The position numbers were made by a program, and so were the translations under genes. A DNA stretch of 64,000 nt from contig JBFGJG010000003.1 of the NCBI GenBank assembly GCA_041577295.1, positions 32,001 to 96,000 of the forward strand, read 5' to 3'. Below the pieces are notes generated by a model. The model searched no databases and was not told the DNA's origin. It saw only the letters and a list, made by a program, of their open reading frames with translations. Positions 9,328 to 18,878 of this stretch are shown piece by piece (within the stretch, counting starts at the first letter, position 1; every line of letters begins with the position of its first letter). This stretch comes from Gemmatimonadales bacterium (GTDB lineage: Bacteria > Gemmatimonadota > Gemmatimonadetes > Gemmatimonadales > GWC2-71-9).

Positions 9328-10500
9328 TCAGCGATTCGCGTAGACGAGGGTTCCACGGCGGTTCAGGTCCAAATCGAGTATCGGCCCCCGCCCCGGGACC
9401 TCGATCGTGCCCTCAGCGGACATCTCCACGTCGATGAGGTCGGCACCGGGCGGAAACCACCGATCGCTTGGCTCGACGTCGGAGGGATACACAAAACCAC
9501 CATGGCAGCCGAGAGCTAGCATCGGTTGGACCCCTAGTCCACTTTCGGGCATCGTCCCGCCCCATAGTTTGGCGTTTACCGTCTCGGCGTAGGCGTACAG
9601 CCGGCACGCCCGCTCGAGACCGCCAACGCGCTGAATCTTCAGATTCCACACCCACGGTCCGCCCAGGGCGACGATTTGTCGCGCCCAGTCCTCCGAAACC
9701 AATGACTCATCCAGACAGATGGGTGTCCGCAGCCGCTGGCTGAGCTCCCAATGCTCCCGCAGGCACTCCGCGGGATACGGTTGCTCGAGGTAAAGCAACG
9801 CCAGACCGTCGAGCCCCCGCAGGTGCTCCCCAGCCGACAGCGGGTCGTACGCCCCGTTGGCATCCGCGCTGAGCGGCACCCGCCCATCGATCGTCTCACG
9901 CGCAGCGGCGAGCGGCATCCGATCCCACCCCGGCGCGATCTTGATCTTGACCCGCCGATACCCGCGCGCCACGGCCTGCTCGATCTGCTCACGCAAGCGG
10001 CCGATGTCGCGACCGCTTGGAATCCCCAGGGCCACGCCGCAGACCACATGATCCCTCCGGTCGAGCCAGATACCGCTCACCCCGAGCTCCCTCAGGCGCG
10101 CCGTCACGAGGTCCACCAGCGGCATAGATGCGCGCTGTGCCAGGAGGTCCCACCAGGCTGTGTCGACACCGGCCCGGGCCATCTCGTTTCCACGAATGCC
10201 CTCGCTCAATACCCGGTCGAGCGCGCGGGGATGGTCAACCGGTTGTTGGATCACGCGAGGCAGGAGCCAGTCGCAGAGCACAGCGCGGGCAGACGCAACC
10301 GTTTCGCTCGAGTAGAACGGCGCGACAAACGGGGCGGATTCACCAAACCCTCGCCGCCCCTCGTCGTCCTCGAGCTCGACGATGAGCGAGCGCCGCTCCG
10401 TAAGTGCACCCCCGCTGATGACGAACGTGTCCGTCAGAGGTAGGGCGACCTCGTAGAGCCGGGTGCGAACGATGCGAAGTGGTCGCTCAGCGGGCAGCAC
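9328..10500 (-). CDS. o-succinylbenzoate synthase / N-acylamino acid racemase family (enolase superfamily)
   Basis: PFYSSET, KIKI (KxK), DAN, EQP, DES, NLKIQRVGG and YPSDVEPSDRW motifs. No other men genes in the window. Confidence 0.85.
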   Translation of the reverse strand: MLPAERPLRIVRTRLYEVALPLTDTFVISGGALTERRSLIVELEDDEGRRGFGESAPFVAPFYSSETVASARAVLCDWLLPRVIQQPVDHPRALDRVLSEGIRGNEMARAGVDTAWWDLLAQRASMPLVDLVTARLRELGVSGIWLDRRDHVVCGVALGIPSGRDIGRLREQIEQAVARGYRRVKIKIAPGWDRMPLAAARETIDGRVPLSADANGAYDPLSAGEHLRGLDGLALLYLEQPYPAECLREHWELSQRLRTPICLDESLVSEDWARQIVALGGPWVWNLKIQRVGGLERACRLYAYAETVNAKLWGGTMPESGLGVQPMLALGCHGGFVYPSDVEPSDRWFPPGADLIDVEMSAEGTIEVPGRGPILDLDLNRRGTLVYANR

Positions 10501-11722
10501 GAAGCGATGTATGTAGCGTGGGAGCGCGGTCCACCACGTCTAGGAAATGGATCGCGTGCTCGCGCATCTCCACCAATCCGGCCTCGTAACAGTGCCGCAG
10601 CCAGACGGCCAGCCCACACACCGGGTGCAGGATGAGGGTGTGGAGGGCGCGTGCCGTTCTCGAACCATGGGCAGCGATGTACTCCGACAGCGGCACTTGA
10701 AAGAACGTGTGAATCTGACCGTTTTCGCAGCCGCGCAGAGCGTACTCCATCATCATGCGACCCGAACAGATGTTTCCTGTTGCCGACAGCGGCGGAAGGA
10801 CCAGCTGCTCGGCGAAGAGCATATCGAGCACGCGGAGGTTGCGGTCGCTCAATTCCCACCCGCCGAATGCGACACCACGATCGGGATCGAACAGCCGATT
10901 GAACACAATGAGAAACGCCGCTGGCGAATCCGGCAGGGTAAGCGTCCGCACCATCTCCACCTGAAACGCGTCGTCGAACAGGGCGTTCATGACTTTGACA
11001 CCCAACCGCACGCGGCCGCCTCCCGCCCGGTGAATGAGTGTGGGAACCTGCCGGAGCCAGGCCAGCACGGCGGCGCGGTCCTGAGCGCGGTCGTCACCGG
11101 CTAGGGTGGGACTGAAATCCTTTTCCAGCACCATCGGCCCCCCGCAGCCCGCTCGATCCCACACGGTGAGAAGCCGACTGGTCGTGTGGTGATACTCGTC
11201 CAGGCGAAAGTCGTCTCCGGCAGCGGGTAAGTGATATTTCACTGACGGGATCACGGGAATGTCCGCAGTGCGCGCGGCGTCGAGCGGGGCTTCGAAGAAT
11301 TGTAGGTACGCTTCCAGATTGCCGGTCCAACCCCGCCCCTTCCACGTGACGGTCCAGCCGGCACGACCGTCCGCCAGCGAGCGCCGCTCCACACGCATCC
11401 GCGTTTCCGGCACCGTCCACGCCTGCATGGACGCCTGGCCGCCCGCGTCTTCCGCGATGACCGTCTTGAGAACGATGAACCCAATGCCGGCCGCCACATC
11501 AATCTCCACCTGTGCAGGCGTACACGAGAGTTGGCCAGATGCCTTTCCGAAGGGATGCGGAATCGAGATTCCCGCATAGCGGGCGGACAGATCGAGGCTT
11601 AGCTCCTCACGAACCAGAAGGGGCAGGTCTGCTGGGGGCTCGTGGCGGGTCAATTCGAGCAACCGCTCTAACCTCGTGCGCCAATCGGCCGCGACGCTGG
11701 GTGTTTTCGGGAGCAGTGTCAC
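10487..11722 (-). CDS. Divergent dihydroorotate/dihydropyrimidine dehydrogenase-like FMN TIM-barrel protein, function unknown
   Basis: HPFGKASGQLS, GFIVLKTV and SATGNICSG...EYALRGCENGQIHT resemble DHOD FMN-binding motifs. Start at GTG 11722 forms a GTGA overlap with the upstream stop. Confidence 0.65.
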   Translation of the reverse strand: MTLLPKTPSVAADWRTRLERLLELTRHEPPADLPLLVREELSLDLSARYAGISIPHPFGKASGQLSCTPAQVEIDVAAGIGFIVLKTVIAEDAGGQASMQAWTVPETRMRVERRSLADGRAGWTVTWKGRGWTGNLEAYLQFFEAPLDAARTADIPVIPSVKYHLPAAGDDFRLDEYHHTTSRLLTVWDRAGCGGPMVLEKDFSPTLAGDDRAQDRAAVLAWLRQVPTLIHRAGGGRVRLGVKVMNALFDDAFQVEMVRTLTLPDSPAAFLIVFNRLFDPDRGVAFGGWELSDRNLRVLDMLFAEQLVLPPLSATGNICSGRMMMEYALRGCENGQIHTFFQVPLSEYIAAHGSRTARALHTLILHPVCGLAVWLRHCYEAGLVEMREHAIHFLDVVDRAPTLHTSLRAAR

Positions 11723-12684
11723 TTTGCGCGAAGCCGTTGAACGGCCGCACGCACACGATCGTGCTCCGCGGCCGGCAGCGGCGGAGCGTGGCGGTCCAAT
11801 GCAGGGGGAATCACGCCGTCGGCAGTGAGGGCCCACAGCATCCGCTGCACGTAGCCCTCCATTGGAGGAACGAAGGTCGCGGCTGCAAACACATCGAGCT
11901 GGTGCGATCGTCGAACGAACGTGGCCAGGTCGCGTTTGAACCACGCGTCGAGCAGGCCAACCGTGACGTCTGTACAGGCCGCGGCTATCCCAACCAGTGC
12001 ACACGTGGCGCCGAGCATGAGAGAGTATCCGAGAAACCGGTCCTCACCCGTGATCAAGAGCGCCGACGACTGCTGGACAATGGGAGCCAGCTCTTGGAAG
12101 GTCATCACGCTGTCGAGCGTTGCCACCTTGATCCCGATCACGCCTTCGAGAGCGAGCAGTTTCTCAACGACCCCTGAACCGTACGACACACCACCAGCGG
12201 CTTCGTAGAGGTAGAACGCGATGATCGGCAACCCGACGTCGGTCAACGCGGCATGCAAGGCGACGATCCGGCTGTCGGCATCGGCAAGACCGCTTAGCGC
12301 GGTGGGTGGGTGCACCAACAAGCCTCCTGCGCCACCGCGTTTCGCCGCACACGCCATATCGACCGTTGAGCTGATCACGGTATCCGTCAGCGCGCGCGCT
12401 TCGTGCGGAAGGGTGGCGCTGGCCTCTACACCCACGCCGCAAATTACGGGAACATCCCGGAGCCCCTGGCACCAAGCGTCGAGCACCCAGGCCCGCTCCT
12501 CCGCGCTGAGCCGCAAACCGCGGCCGGTATGCGCCCACACCGCTACGCCGCCCATCGACTGGTGGGCCATCCACTCGACGTAGGTACGGTGACTGTCGCG
12601 ATCGATCGAGCCGTCGGCCCGGAAGGGAACGGGAGCAGCCGGAATCACGCACCGCTCTAGACGCGCGCGCAGATCAAGCGTCAC
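11719..12684 (-). CDS. Dihydrodipicolinate synthase / N-acetylneuraminate lyase family protein (non-canonical)
   Basis: PVPFRADGSID; HTGRG replaces the usual GTTGE; FYLY; Schiff-base Lys in GIKVA; TGED. Confidence 0.85.
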   Translation of the reverse strand: MTLDLRARLERCVIPAAPVPFRADGSIDRDSHRTYVEWMAHQSMGGVAVWAHTGRGLRLSAEERAWVLDAWCQGLRDVPVICGVGVEASATLPHEARALTDTVISSTVDMACAAKRGGAGGLLVHPPTALSGLADADSRIVALHAALTDVGLPIIAFYLYEAAGGVSYGSGVVEKLLALEGVIGIKVATLDSVMTFQELAPIVQQSSALLITGEDRFLGYSLMLGATCALVGIAAACTDVTVGLLDAWFKRDLATFVRRSHQLDVFAAATFVPPMEGYVQRMLWALTADGVIPPALDRHAPPLPAAEHDRVRAAVQRLRAK

Positions 12685-13459
12685 GCGACGCTAACCAGGC
12701 TGTCAGATTGCGCTCGCAAATCGCATCCTGGGCACTGGGATCTTGTAGCAGCTCGAGCTTGGCAAACGCCCCGTCGGGAACACGGAAAGGCATGCCGGTT
12801 CCGAGCGTGAACCGCTCTAGGCCCATCGTCTCACCCAGCAGCCGGAGGTGGTCCTCCGGTGGCCCCCAGATCCACGAGATGTCCCACAGCACCCGCGCGG
12901 CTTCCTCTGGCGTGAGCCCGAAGTGAACCTCTTCGATGAATGCACGATCAGCGTGGGTCACGAGCAAGTGAGCGCCGCCGTCGACCCGGGCCAGCCGACG
13001 GACGGCCGCTGCCGGCAGCTCTCCACAGAGATCGCGGGGGTGACGCTGTCTGGCGTCCTCCAGTCGAACCGTCACCACCGCGGGTATCCCCATTGACCCG
13101 AGAACGGTAACCGCATGACGCATATCGGTGCCGGCGGGGTCCACGGCTTGGAACTGCGGTGCGAGCCACACGGCCGGTACACCTTGCTCGCGCGCGCGCG
13201 CGACGTCATCGCCCCACTGGGGAAGCACCGGATTGATCACGGGGACCGGAAGGAGTCGATCGCGCTGCGGTGCGACGAGGTCGGCGAGCTCCTCATTGCC
13301 GGGCGCGGGATCGGCGTGAAACGCGGTCCCCACGTGTCGGACCCACGCCCGCTCGATCTGCAGCCGATCCATTTGCGCCAGCAGCCACGATGGGTCGCAA
13401 TGCGCCAGATGGCGAAACGGATAGGGACCCACAAACACCGCGACGTCAGTCACCGGCAT
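12674..13459 (-). CDS. Amidohydrolase-fold protein with degenerate metal ligands
   Basis: GPYPFR, PVPVINP and ERFTLGTGMPF motifs; lacks the N-terminal HxH and the C-terminal Asp. Start ATG 13459. Confidence 0.7.
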   Translation of the reverse strand: MPVTDVAVFVGPYPFRHLAHCDPSWLLAQMDRLQIERAWVRHVGTAFHADPAPGNEELADLVAPQRDRLLPVPVINPVLPQWGDDVARAREQGVPAVWLAPQFQAVDPAGTDMRHAVTVLGSMGIPAVVTVRLEDARQRHPRDLCGELPAAAVRRLARVDGGAHLLVTHADRAFIEEVHFGLTPEEAARVLWDISWIWGPPEDHLRLLGETMGLERFTLGTGMPFRVPDGAFAKLELLQDPSAQDAICERNLTAWLASRDA

Positions 13460-14252
13460 GAAACGTTCCGGCGGGGAAGATCGACAAGGCATTGCCGGCG
13501 CGAATGTGGGCCATGGCGTCGGAACGAAGCGATAACGATTCGAGGTAGCGGAGCTTGGCGAGCCCCGTGTCCAAGGTCAGATCGGCGCCGAACAACAACC
13601 GGTTGGCACCGATGACGCGGACGACAGTCTCGATCATGTCCACATCCATCCCGCTACCGGAGAGATCGATCCAGATATTCTGAACGGTACGGACCGCTCG
13701 AATGCTGTGAGCCCAATCTCCACCGCCACCCAAGTGCGCGAGGATGAAATTGGTCTCGAGGTGACGGGCGGCAAGCTCGGCAAGCTCGACCGCATCGGAA
13801 GCTTCCTGTCCTGACCAGTCGTGGCGCCGGTACTGCCAGATGTGCTGCAAAATGGGAACGCCACGCGCGCCCGCGAGCTCGGCGATGGGATCGAGCAACG
13901 GATCGTTTGCACGGCGGCTCGCGGCGAGCTTGATCCCGATCATGCCCTGGTCCAACCGCCGCTCGATCTCAGCAATCGCGTCCGCCGGATAGTTGGGATT
14001 CACGACGCAGTAGCCGAACACGAGTCCAGGATGGGCACGTTGCAACGACAGCATTTCGTCGTTGGCGTGACGGACATCCTCGGGTGACGGAAAGTACGTT
14101 GGCGAGCGGCGCCCCCACGTGCCGAGAATGGATGCCACGTGTGCTGAGATGCCCATCGCCTTGCCGATGGTCAGACGGCGCTCGTTCAGCTCCTGCCAAT
14201 CCGCACGCGCCGAGTGTTCGCAATAGAAGTGGGCGTGTACGTCGATCAGCAT
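13446..14252 (-). CDS. Amidohydrolase_2 family metal-dependent hydrolase
   Basis: IDVHAH, LQH, LAHLGGG and LLFGAD motifs. Start ATG 14252 overlaps the upstream stop. Confidence 0.85.
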   Translation of the reverse strand: MLIDVHAHFYCEHSARADWQELNERRLTIGKAMGISAHVASILGTWGRRSPTYFPSPEDVRHANDEMLSLQRAHPGLVFGYCVVNPNYPADAIAEIERRLDQGMIGIKLAASRRANDPLLDPIAELAGARGVPILQHIWQYRRHDWSGQEASDAVELAELAARHLETNFILAHLGGGGDWAHSIRAVRTVQNIWIDLSGSGMDVDMIETVVRVIGANRLLFGADLTLDTGLAKLRYLESLSLRSDAMAHIRAGNALSIFPAGTFHAGD

Positions 14253-15412
14253 GTGCCCTGCGCTGCCTGCATCGCCTCTTCGAGACGTGCGATGATCTCG
14301 CTGATCACTACTTCGGTATGCGCGAGCGAAACGAAGTTGTATGCGTTCCGCTTGAAGAGAAGACCTCGCCGCGCACACTCGCACGCAACGATGCTCGAGG
14401 TCTCCTGATCCTGCCATTCGAGGTAAGCCATCTGCGGGATGCCACGCACACCGTGTGTGAGATTTGGAAAGCTCGCAGCGAGACGAGCCAGGCCCTCGTA
14501 GAACAGCGCGCCAACCCGATCCAGATGCGTACAGACGTCGGCTCGCTCGAACGTGTCGAGTACCGTGTAAGCCGCAGCGAGGCTCACTGATTCTGTGGCC
14601 AACGTGGACGAGATCCACGTCCGGGTACACGCTTCCATGAGCTCCCGAGAACCGCACACGGCGGCGATCGGCATGCCGTTGCCCAGGGCCTTCCCCACCA
14701 CGGAGAGATCGGGGATCACCTCGTATCGCTCGGCCGCTCCACCCACGGCGATGCGGAATGCCGTTTTGATCTCATCAAACACGAGCACGGCCCCAGTTTG
14801 GGAGGCCAAGTCCCTTGCAGCTTGCAGCCAGCGCTGGTCTGGCGCACCATCGATCACTGGCTCCAGCACGATTGCCGCCGGCGGCGGACTTGTGATGACC
14901 GCACCCCGCAGCGCTTCCACATCGTTGAACGGCACGGCGTCGCGTAGCGCCTTGACCTGCTCCGGTACACCAGGTGTCTCCTGGCACCAATCCAACCAGC
15001 CGTGATAGCCGCACGTGACGACCCGCGTTCGCCCAGTGACCACGCGGGCGATCCGCACCGCACCTGCAACGGCCTCCGCACCCGTCTTGAAGAAGTGCAC
15101 CGCGTCCGTGCCCGGAATGGCCGCCCCGAGACGCTCGGCAACCTGCTGCTCCCGGACAGGGGGAAGCGGACCGACGATCCCGTCGGCCGCCGCTCTCGTC
15201 ACGGCCTCGACCACCGACGCGTAACCGTACCCAAGGGCCACAGCACCAAGCGCCATGATGGTATCGAGATACTCCCGCCCCTCACTGTCCCATACGTGGC
15301 ACCCGTGTGCTCGAACCATGCGCAGCGGGATCGTGCTCAGATCGGCGTGTGCAACACCAAAGAGCGCCTCGGGCCGCTTGCTCCCGGTCGAAGTAAAACC
15401 GGGAATCGTCAT
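14246..15412 (-). CDS. Class III PLP aminotransferase (glutamate-1-semialdehyde aminomutase-like)
   Basis: FFKTGAEA, GYHGW, FDEIKTAFR, GKALGNGMP and SSTLATE motifs. Start ATG 15412 (ATGA overlap). Confidence 0.87.
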   Translation of the reverse strand: MTIPGFTSTGSKRPEALFGVAHADLSTIPLRMVRAHGCHVWDSEGREYLDTIMALGAVALGYGYASVVEAVTRAAADGIVGPLPPVREQQVAERLGAAIPGTDAVHFFKTGAEAVAGAVRIARVVTGRTRVVTCGYHGWLDWCQETPGVPEQVKALRDAVPFNDVEALRGAVITSPPPAAIVLEPVIDGAPDQRWLQAARDLASQTGAVLVFDEIKTAFRIAVGGAAERYEVIPDLSVVGKALGNGMPIAAVCGSRELMEACTRTWISSTLATESVSLAAAYTVLDTFERADVCTHLDRVGALFYEGLARLAASFPNLTHGVRGIPQMAYLEWQDQETSSIVACECARRGLLFKRNAYNFVSLAHTEVVISEIIARLEEAMQAAQGTC

Positions 15413-16131
15413 TTGACACCCGAACGTTCGAGGTATTTGACGACTTCGATGCACATAGCTCGGAATAATTTGGCTTCGCGGGCGTCGAGCGGCACGCGGT
15501 GTGTGACCTCACGCACCGTCCGCATGATGCTTGTGGGATTATGGCTCTTGAAGAACTCGACCGCGGTGAGCGCTTCCTCGGCGCTGCGGAAAAACTCCTC
15601 CAGCTGTTCGCGGTTTGCCGCTGGCGCAGCTCGGCGTGGCGTCTTGAACGCAGGCACGCCACCGGCGAGAAACAGCTCGTACGCCATCACGGTAAACGCG
15701 TGGGCGAGATTGAGTGCCTGATAACCACTCGTCGGAATGGTAACGGTCCGATGGCACCGGTCCAGCTCCTCGTTCAACAGCCCGCGGTCCTCCGGTCCGA
15801 GCACCATGGCCGCCGTACCGTCCGCCGCGGCGGTGAGCAGGTCCGGCGCCGCATCACGGGGCCGCTGAACGTTGCGCTTGACCTTCCGCTGCCGTGCCGT
15901 GAGACACGCGACGTACGTGCAATCCGCTAGCGATTCATCGAGCGTGTCGTAGAACCTCACGCGCCGCAACACATCTCCCGTGCCGTGGGCGATTCCCTCG
16001 ATGCGCCGCACATCGTATTCCGCTGGCTGCACCAGCCGCAGATCGCGCAGCCCGAAGTTTTTCATCGACCGCACCACCGCCGCGATATTCACTAAGTCCT
16101 GTGTTCGACACAACACGACGACCAGGTTCAT
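15409..16131 (-). CDS. trmJ: SpoU-class RNA methyltransferase, TrmJ/YjtD/LasT family
   Basis: NIAAVVRSMKNFGL, GPEDRGLLNEEL and ALNLAHA motifs. Confidence 0.85.
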   Translation of the reverse strand: MNLVVVLCRTQDLVNIAAVVRSMKNFGLRDLRLVQPAEYDVRRIEGIAHGTGDVLRRVRFYDTLDESLADCTYVACLTARQRKVKRNVQRPRDAAPDLLTAAADGTAAMVLGPEDRGLLNEELDRCHRTVTIPTSGYQALNLAHAFTVMAYELFLAGGVPAFKTPRRAAPAANREQLEEFFRSAEEALTAVEFFKSHNPTSIMRTVREVTHRVPLDAREAKLFRAMCIEVVKYLERSGVK

Positions 16132-18878
16132 GACATCACCACCTGGATCGCAGTTGCTGGATGCTCACGATCTCCGCGAAGGTAAACGAACCCTCCTCCT
16201 CGCCCACCCCACACGAGCTGCCCGGCTCGACGCTCCCGATCCGGATACATCTCGTTGATCACCAACTTTGCCGAGAACGTCGACCCGGGCGTGAGCGTTT
16301 GTCCCGTTGCGATGCTGACCAGCATTCGGTAACCCACCGGCGTTGGCGCCCACGACCCCGCCACCCGGGACGGATCCGCACCCGTCCCGGCAACGCCCCG
16401 TACGTGTACCGACTCGCCATCCGCATCCGGGACCACCACGTAGCCCTCCCAGCACCCCAACCCGAGATAGCACTGCATCCCATCGGAGTGGATGTCTGGG
16501 GCTTCGTTGTCCAGGCGCGGATCCGGATCGGAAGGCCGGCGAAAGTGCAGCTGCTGCTTGATGACATCGGCCGCGTAGCAGATACGGTCTCCCACCGAGA
16601 AGATCGCAACCCGTGCCCAGAAATCTCCCATCGATCCGAAATCTCGTTCTGACTTCCGGTAGTGAGCCGTCGTGAGCGTGGCGACCGTGTCGGTCGGAAG
16701 GTAGCGGTCCCACTCGCGGACGGGTGGCAGCTCGGACAGACGCCGACAGGGCACCCGAACGGGCGGGGTGGACGAGCCGGGCTGGGGTCCTGAGGCCGGT
16801 GGCTCGCGCGTCCCACGCAGCACAACGTCCTGCCCCTCCCGATCAGTGATCCGGCAGCCATCATCTTCCACCGCCATTGACTCGAAGCGCCCATCCCGCC
16901 ACTCGACGAGAACTGTCCCAGGAGCCGTCGCGCGCACACCCGCAATCGCTTCGTCGAATGCGTAGCACTGGACCCACGTTCCACCGCCTGCGCATCGCCG
17001 AATGACAAAGGGCTCAAGAGCGCCCTCCGCAAACTGAGCATCCGATGGCCCGGGTCCGAGTGCCTTCAGCAGTTGCTCGCCCGTTCGTCGCACGAAATGG
17101 ATCCGGAAGCCGTCCGCATCACCGAGCTTGAAGTGGTCGCTCGCCGGCAGTACGAGCTCCCGAACATCGGTCAGCGCATCATACCCGTGCTCGTGTCCGT
17201 GCGTCGCGGTGGATTCGATCGAGATGAAACGCTCCTCGACCCCCGCGTGATCGAGGCCCCCGTGAGCGTGAATCGGCAAGTCAACGACAACGTCGTCATC
17301 AGCCTGCACTTCGAGCATATCGACCACGTAACGGGCACCGGTAATGACCGAGCGGGTCACGCGCGTTCCCGGACCCAGAATACCCTCGCCGACTGCCTGC
17401 ACCCAACCACGGTCAGCGACATGATCGAACGCGCGACACCACGCAGCATGCGAACGCTGTCCTATACCCGCGACTCCCGGAGCGTTGTGCGCTAGCGTCG
17501 AGCGATACCAGTGCAGCTGGCGCGAGACGTAGGACCCGGTGCCCGGGTCGTTGAACAGCGGGCGGTCCCAAAAGAGCGTGAGATGCAACGCGTCGGGATG
17601 GCCGTGACCTGCAACACGGTCCCCACACTCAACGCTCGCATAACGAGTGGACGAAGGGCGAAGCACGGCAACACCCGCCTGCGGCAGCAGGCAATTCCCT
17701 GCGTGCCAGTCGGTGGATCGTGCGACCGGAGGATCAGGGTCCATCCAGAGGAGCGCTTTCCAGCCCAGCAGCGACCGATCCAAAGTGGTAGCGGGCCGGT
17801 TCTGTTCCTGTTCGGCGATCTCGACAAAACCCGGGTCGTCCAGTGCCGGGATCTCAGCCTCGTACAGGTCAGCGAGCACGCTCGCCAGACGGTCGGAGCG
17901 AGTCCTCAACCAACCGATCTCCCACAGCTCTGCGAAGCGGGGCTGACGTATTGAGACACCGAACGGCGCATCTCCACGAGCGGCGAGGGTGAGGTCCGGC
18001 AGTACCGTCGCGAGTGGCGCCTCATACATTGCCAGCAACCGATTGCGCAGGCGCGACGCATCATAGAGATCCACTCCGAAGCCGCGCAACAGTTCGGCAG
18101 CCAACAGGAAGCCGCGCAGTGCAAAGAGATGGTAGTTCTCGCCCTCGAACCACATGCCGTCTGCACCGACGCCGGCCGAGAGTAACGCTTCGAGCCCATG
18201 TTTGCCTTCGAGCCCGCGCTCGATGAGTGCGGAGTCCGCGAGCCACTGACCCGCCGCGATCAGCGCGGTGTCGTGCCAGACTTGTCGGTTCGAAAATCCC
18301 TCGTCGAAGGAGCAGATCAGTGCCGCAGACTCCGCTACCATCTCGTCGAAGCCCCGAGGACCGCCACGTCCGACGATGGATGCAGCGATCGTGACCTGTA
18401 TCAGCCAAATCGATTCGAGGTAGGTCGAGAAAAAGAGTCGCGTGGGGCCCAGCACGTTGTCACGGTTGGGATAGTCGCGGTACTGAAGGGCGTACCCTTC
18501 CAACACCATGCGCGCCCGTTCCATTGCTGTCCGATCGCCGCGGAGCTGGCCCAGCAAGGCCAGGTGGATCGCACGCTCGCTCAACCAGAGTTGGTAGGGC
18601 CAGATCCAATGCCGGTAGTGATGTTCCTCGTTGTACGATGCCCCGCAACGGGGACAGCGGTGCTTATGCGGGCTCAGGGGATCGAAGCTTAGGCGACAGC
18701 CATCGACTGGACACCGGCCGCCGTCGACGGAAAGACGGGCTTTCTCGGGTGGAATGAAGATCGAGCGATCCATGAGGGGCTGGACGAGCCGCCACAACCG
18801 GTCACACAATGCTCGTAGGGCGGGCGCTTGCTCGACTTCCGCCCGCCGTGAAGCAAGCTCCTCACTGCTCGCCAGCAT
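16128..18878 (-). CDS. Heparinase II/III-like (oligo-alginate-lyase-type) protein with extra C-terminal domain
   Basis: SNRQVWH, GMWFEGENYH, GHGHPD, DPGTGSY and TLAHN motifs. Start ATG 18878. Confidence 0.8.
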   Translation of the reverse strand: MLASSEELASRRAEVEQAPALRALCDRLWRLVQPLMDRSIFIPPEKARLSVDGGRCPVDGCRLSFDPLSPHKHRCPRCGASYNEEHHYRHWIWPYQLWLSERAIHLALLGQLRGDRTAMERARMVLEGYALQYRDYPNRDNVLGPTRLFFSTYLESIWLIQVTIAASIVGRGGPRGFDEMVAESAALICSFDEGFSNRQVWHDTALIAAGQWLADSALIERGLEGKHGLEALLSAGVGADGMWFEGENYHLFALRGFLLAAELLRGFGVDLYDASRLRNRLLAMYEAPLATVLPDLTLAARGDAPFGVSIRQPRFAELWEIGWLRTRSDRLASVLADLYEAEIPALDDPGFVEIAEQEQNRPATTLDRSLLGWKALLWMDPDPPVARSTDWHAGNCLLPQAGVAVLRPSSTRYASVECGDRVAGHGHPDALHLTLFWDRPLFNDPGTGSYVSRQLHWYRSTLAHNAPGVAGIGQRSHAAWCRAFDHVADRGWVQAVGEGILGPGTRVTRSVITGARYVVDMLEVQADDDVVVDLPIHAHGGLDHAGVEERFISIESTATHGHEHGYDALTDVRELVLPASDHFKLGDADGFRIHFVRRTGEQLLKALGPGPSDAQFAEGALEPFVIRRCAGGGTWVQCYAFDEAIAGVRATAPGTVLVEWRDGRFESMAVEDDGCRITDREGQDVVLRGTREPPASGPQPGSSTPPVRVPCRRLSELPPVREWDRYLPTDTVATLTTAHYRKSERDFGSMGDFWARVAIFSVGDRICYAADVIKQQLHFRRPSDPDPRLDNEAPDIHSDGMQCYLGLGCWEGYVVVPDADGESVHVRGVAGTGADPSRVAGSWAPTPVGYRMLVSIATGQTLTPGSTFSAKLVINEMYPDRERRAGQLVWGGRGGGFVYLRGDREHPATAIQVVMS

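Noticed and set aside
11723..12004. Extended starts in the ORF track (12004, 14657, 18929, 3094, 9141, 38207, 59238)
   Set aside because: They run into neighbouring genes or non-coding DNA. Downstream starts give stop/start overlaps or sensible signal peptides.
9328..15412. Assigning menC, dapA, pyrD or hemL gene symbols
   Set aside because: Key motifs diverge or pathway partners are absent, so only family-level calls are supported.
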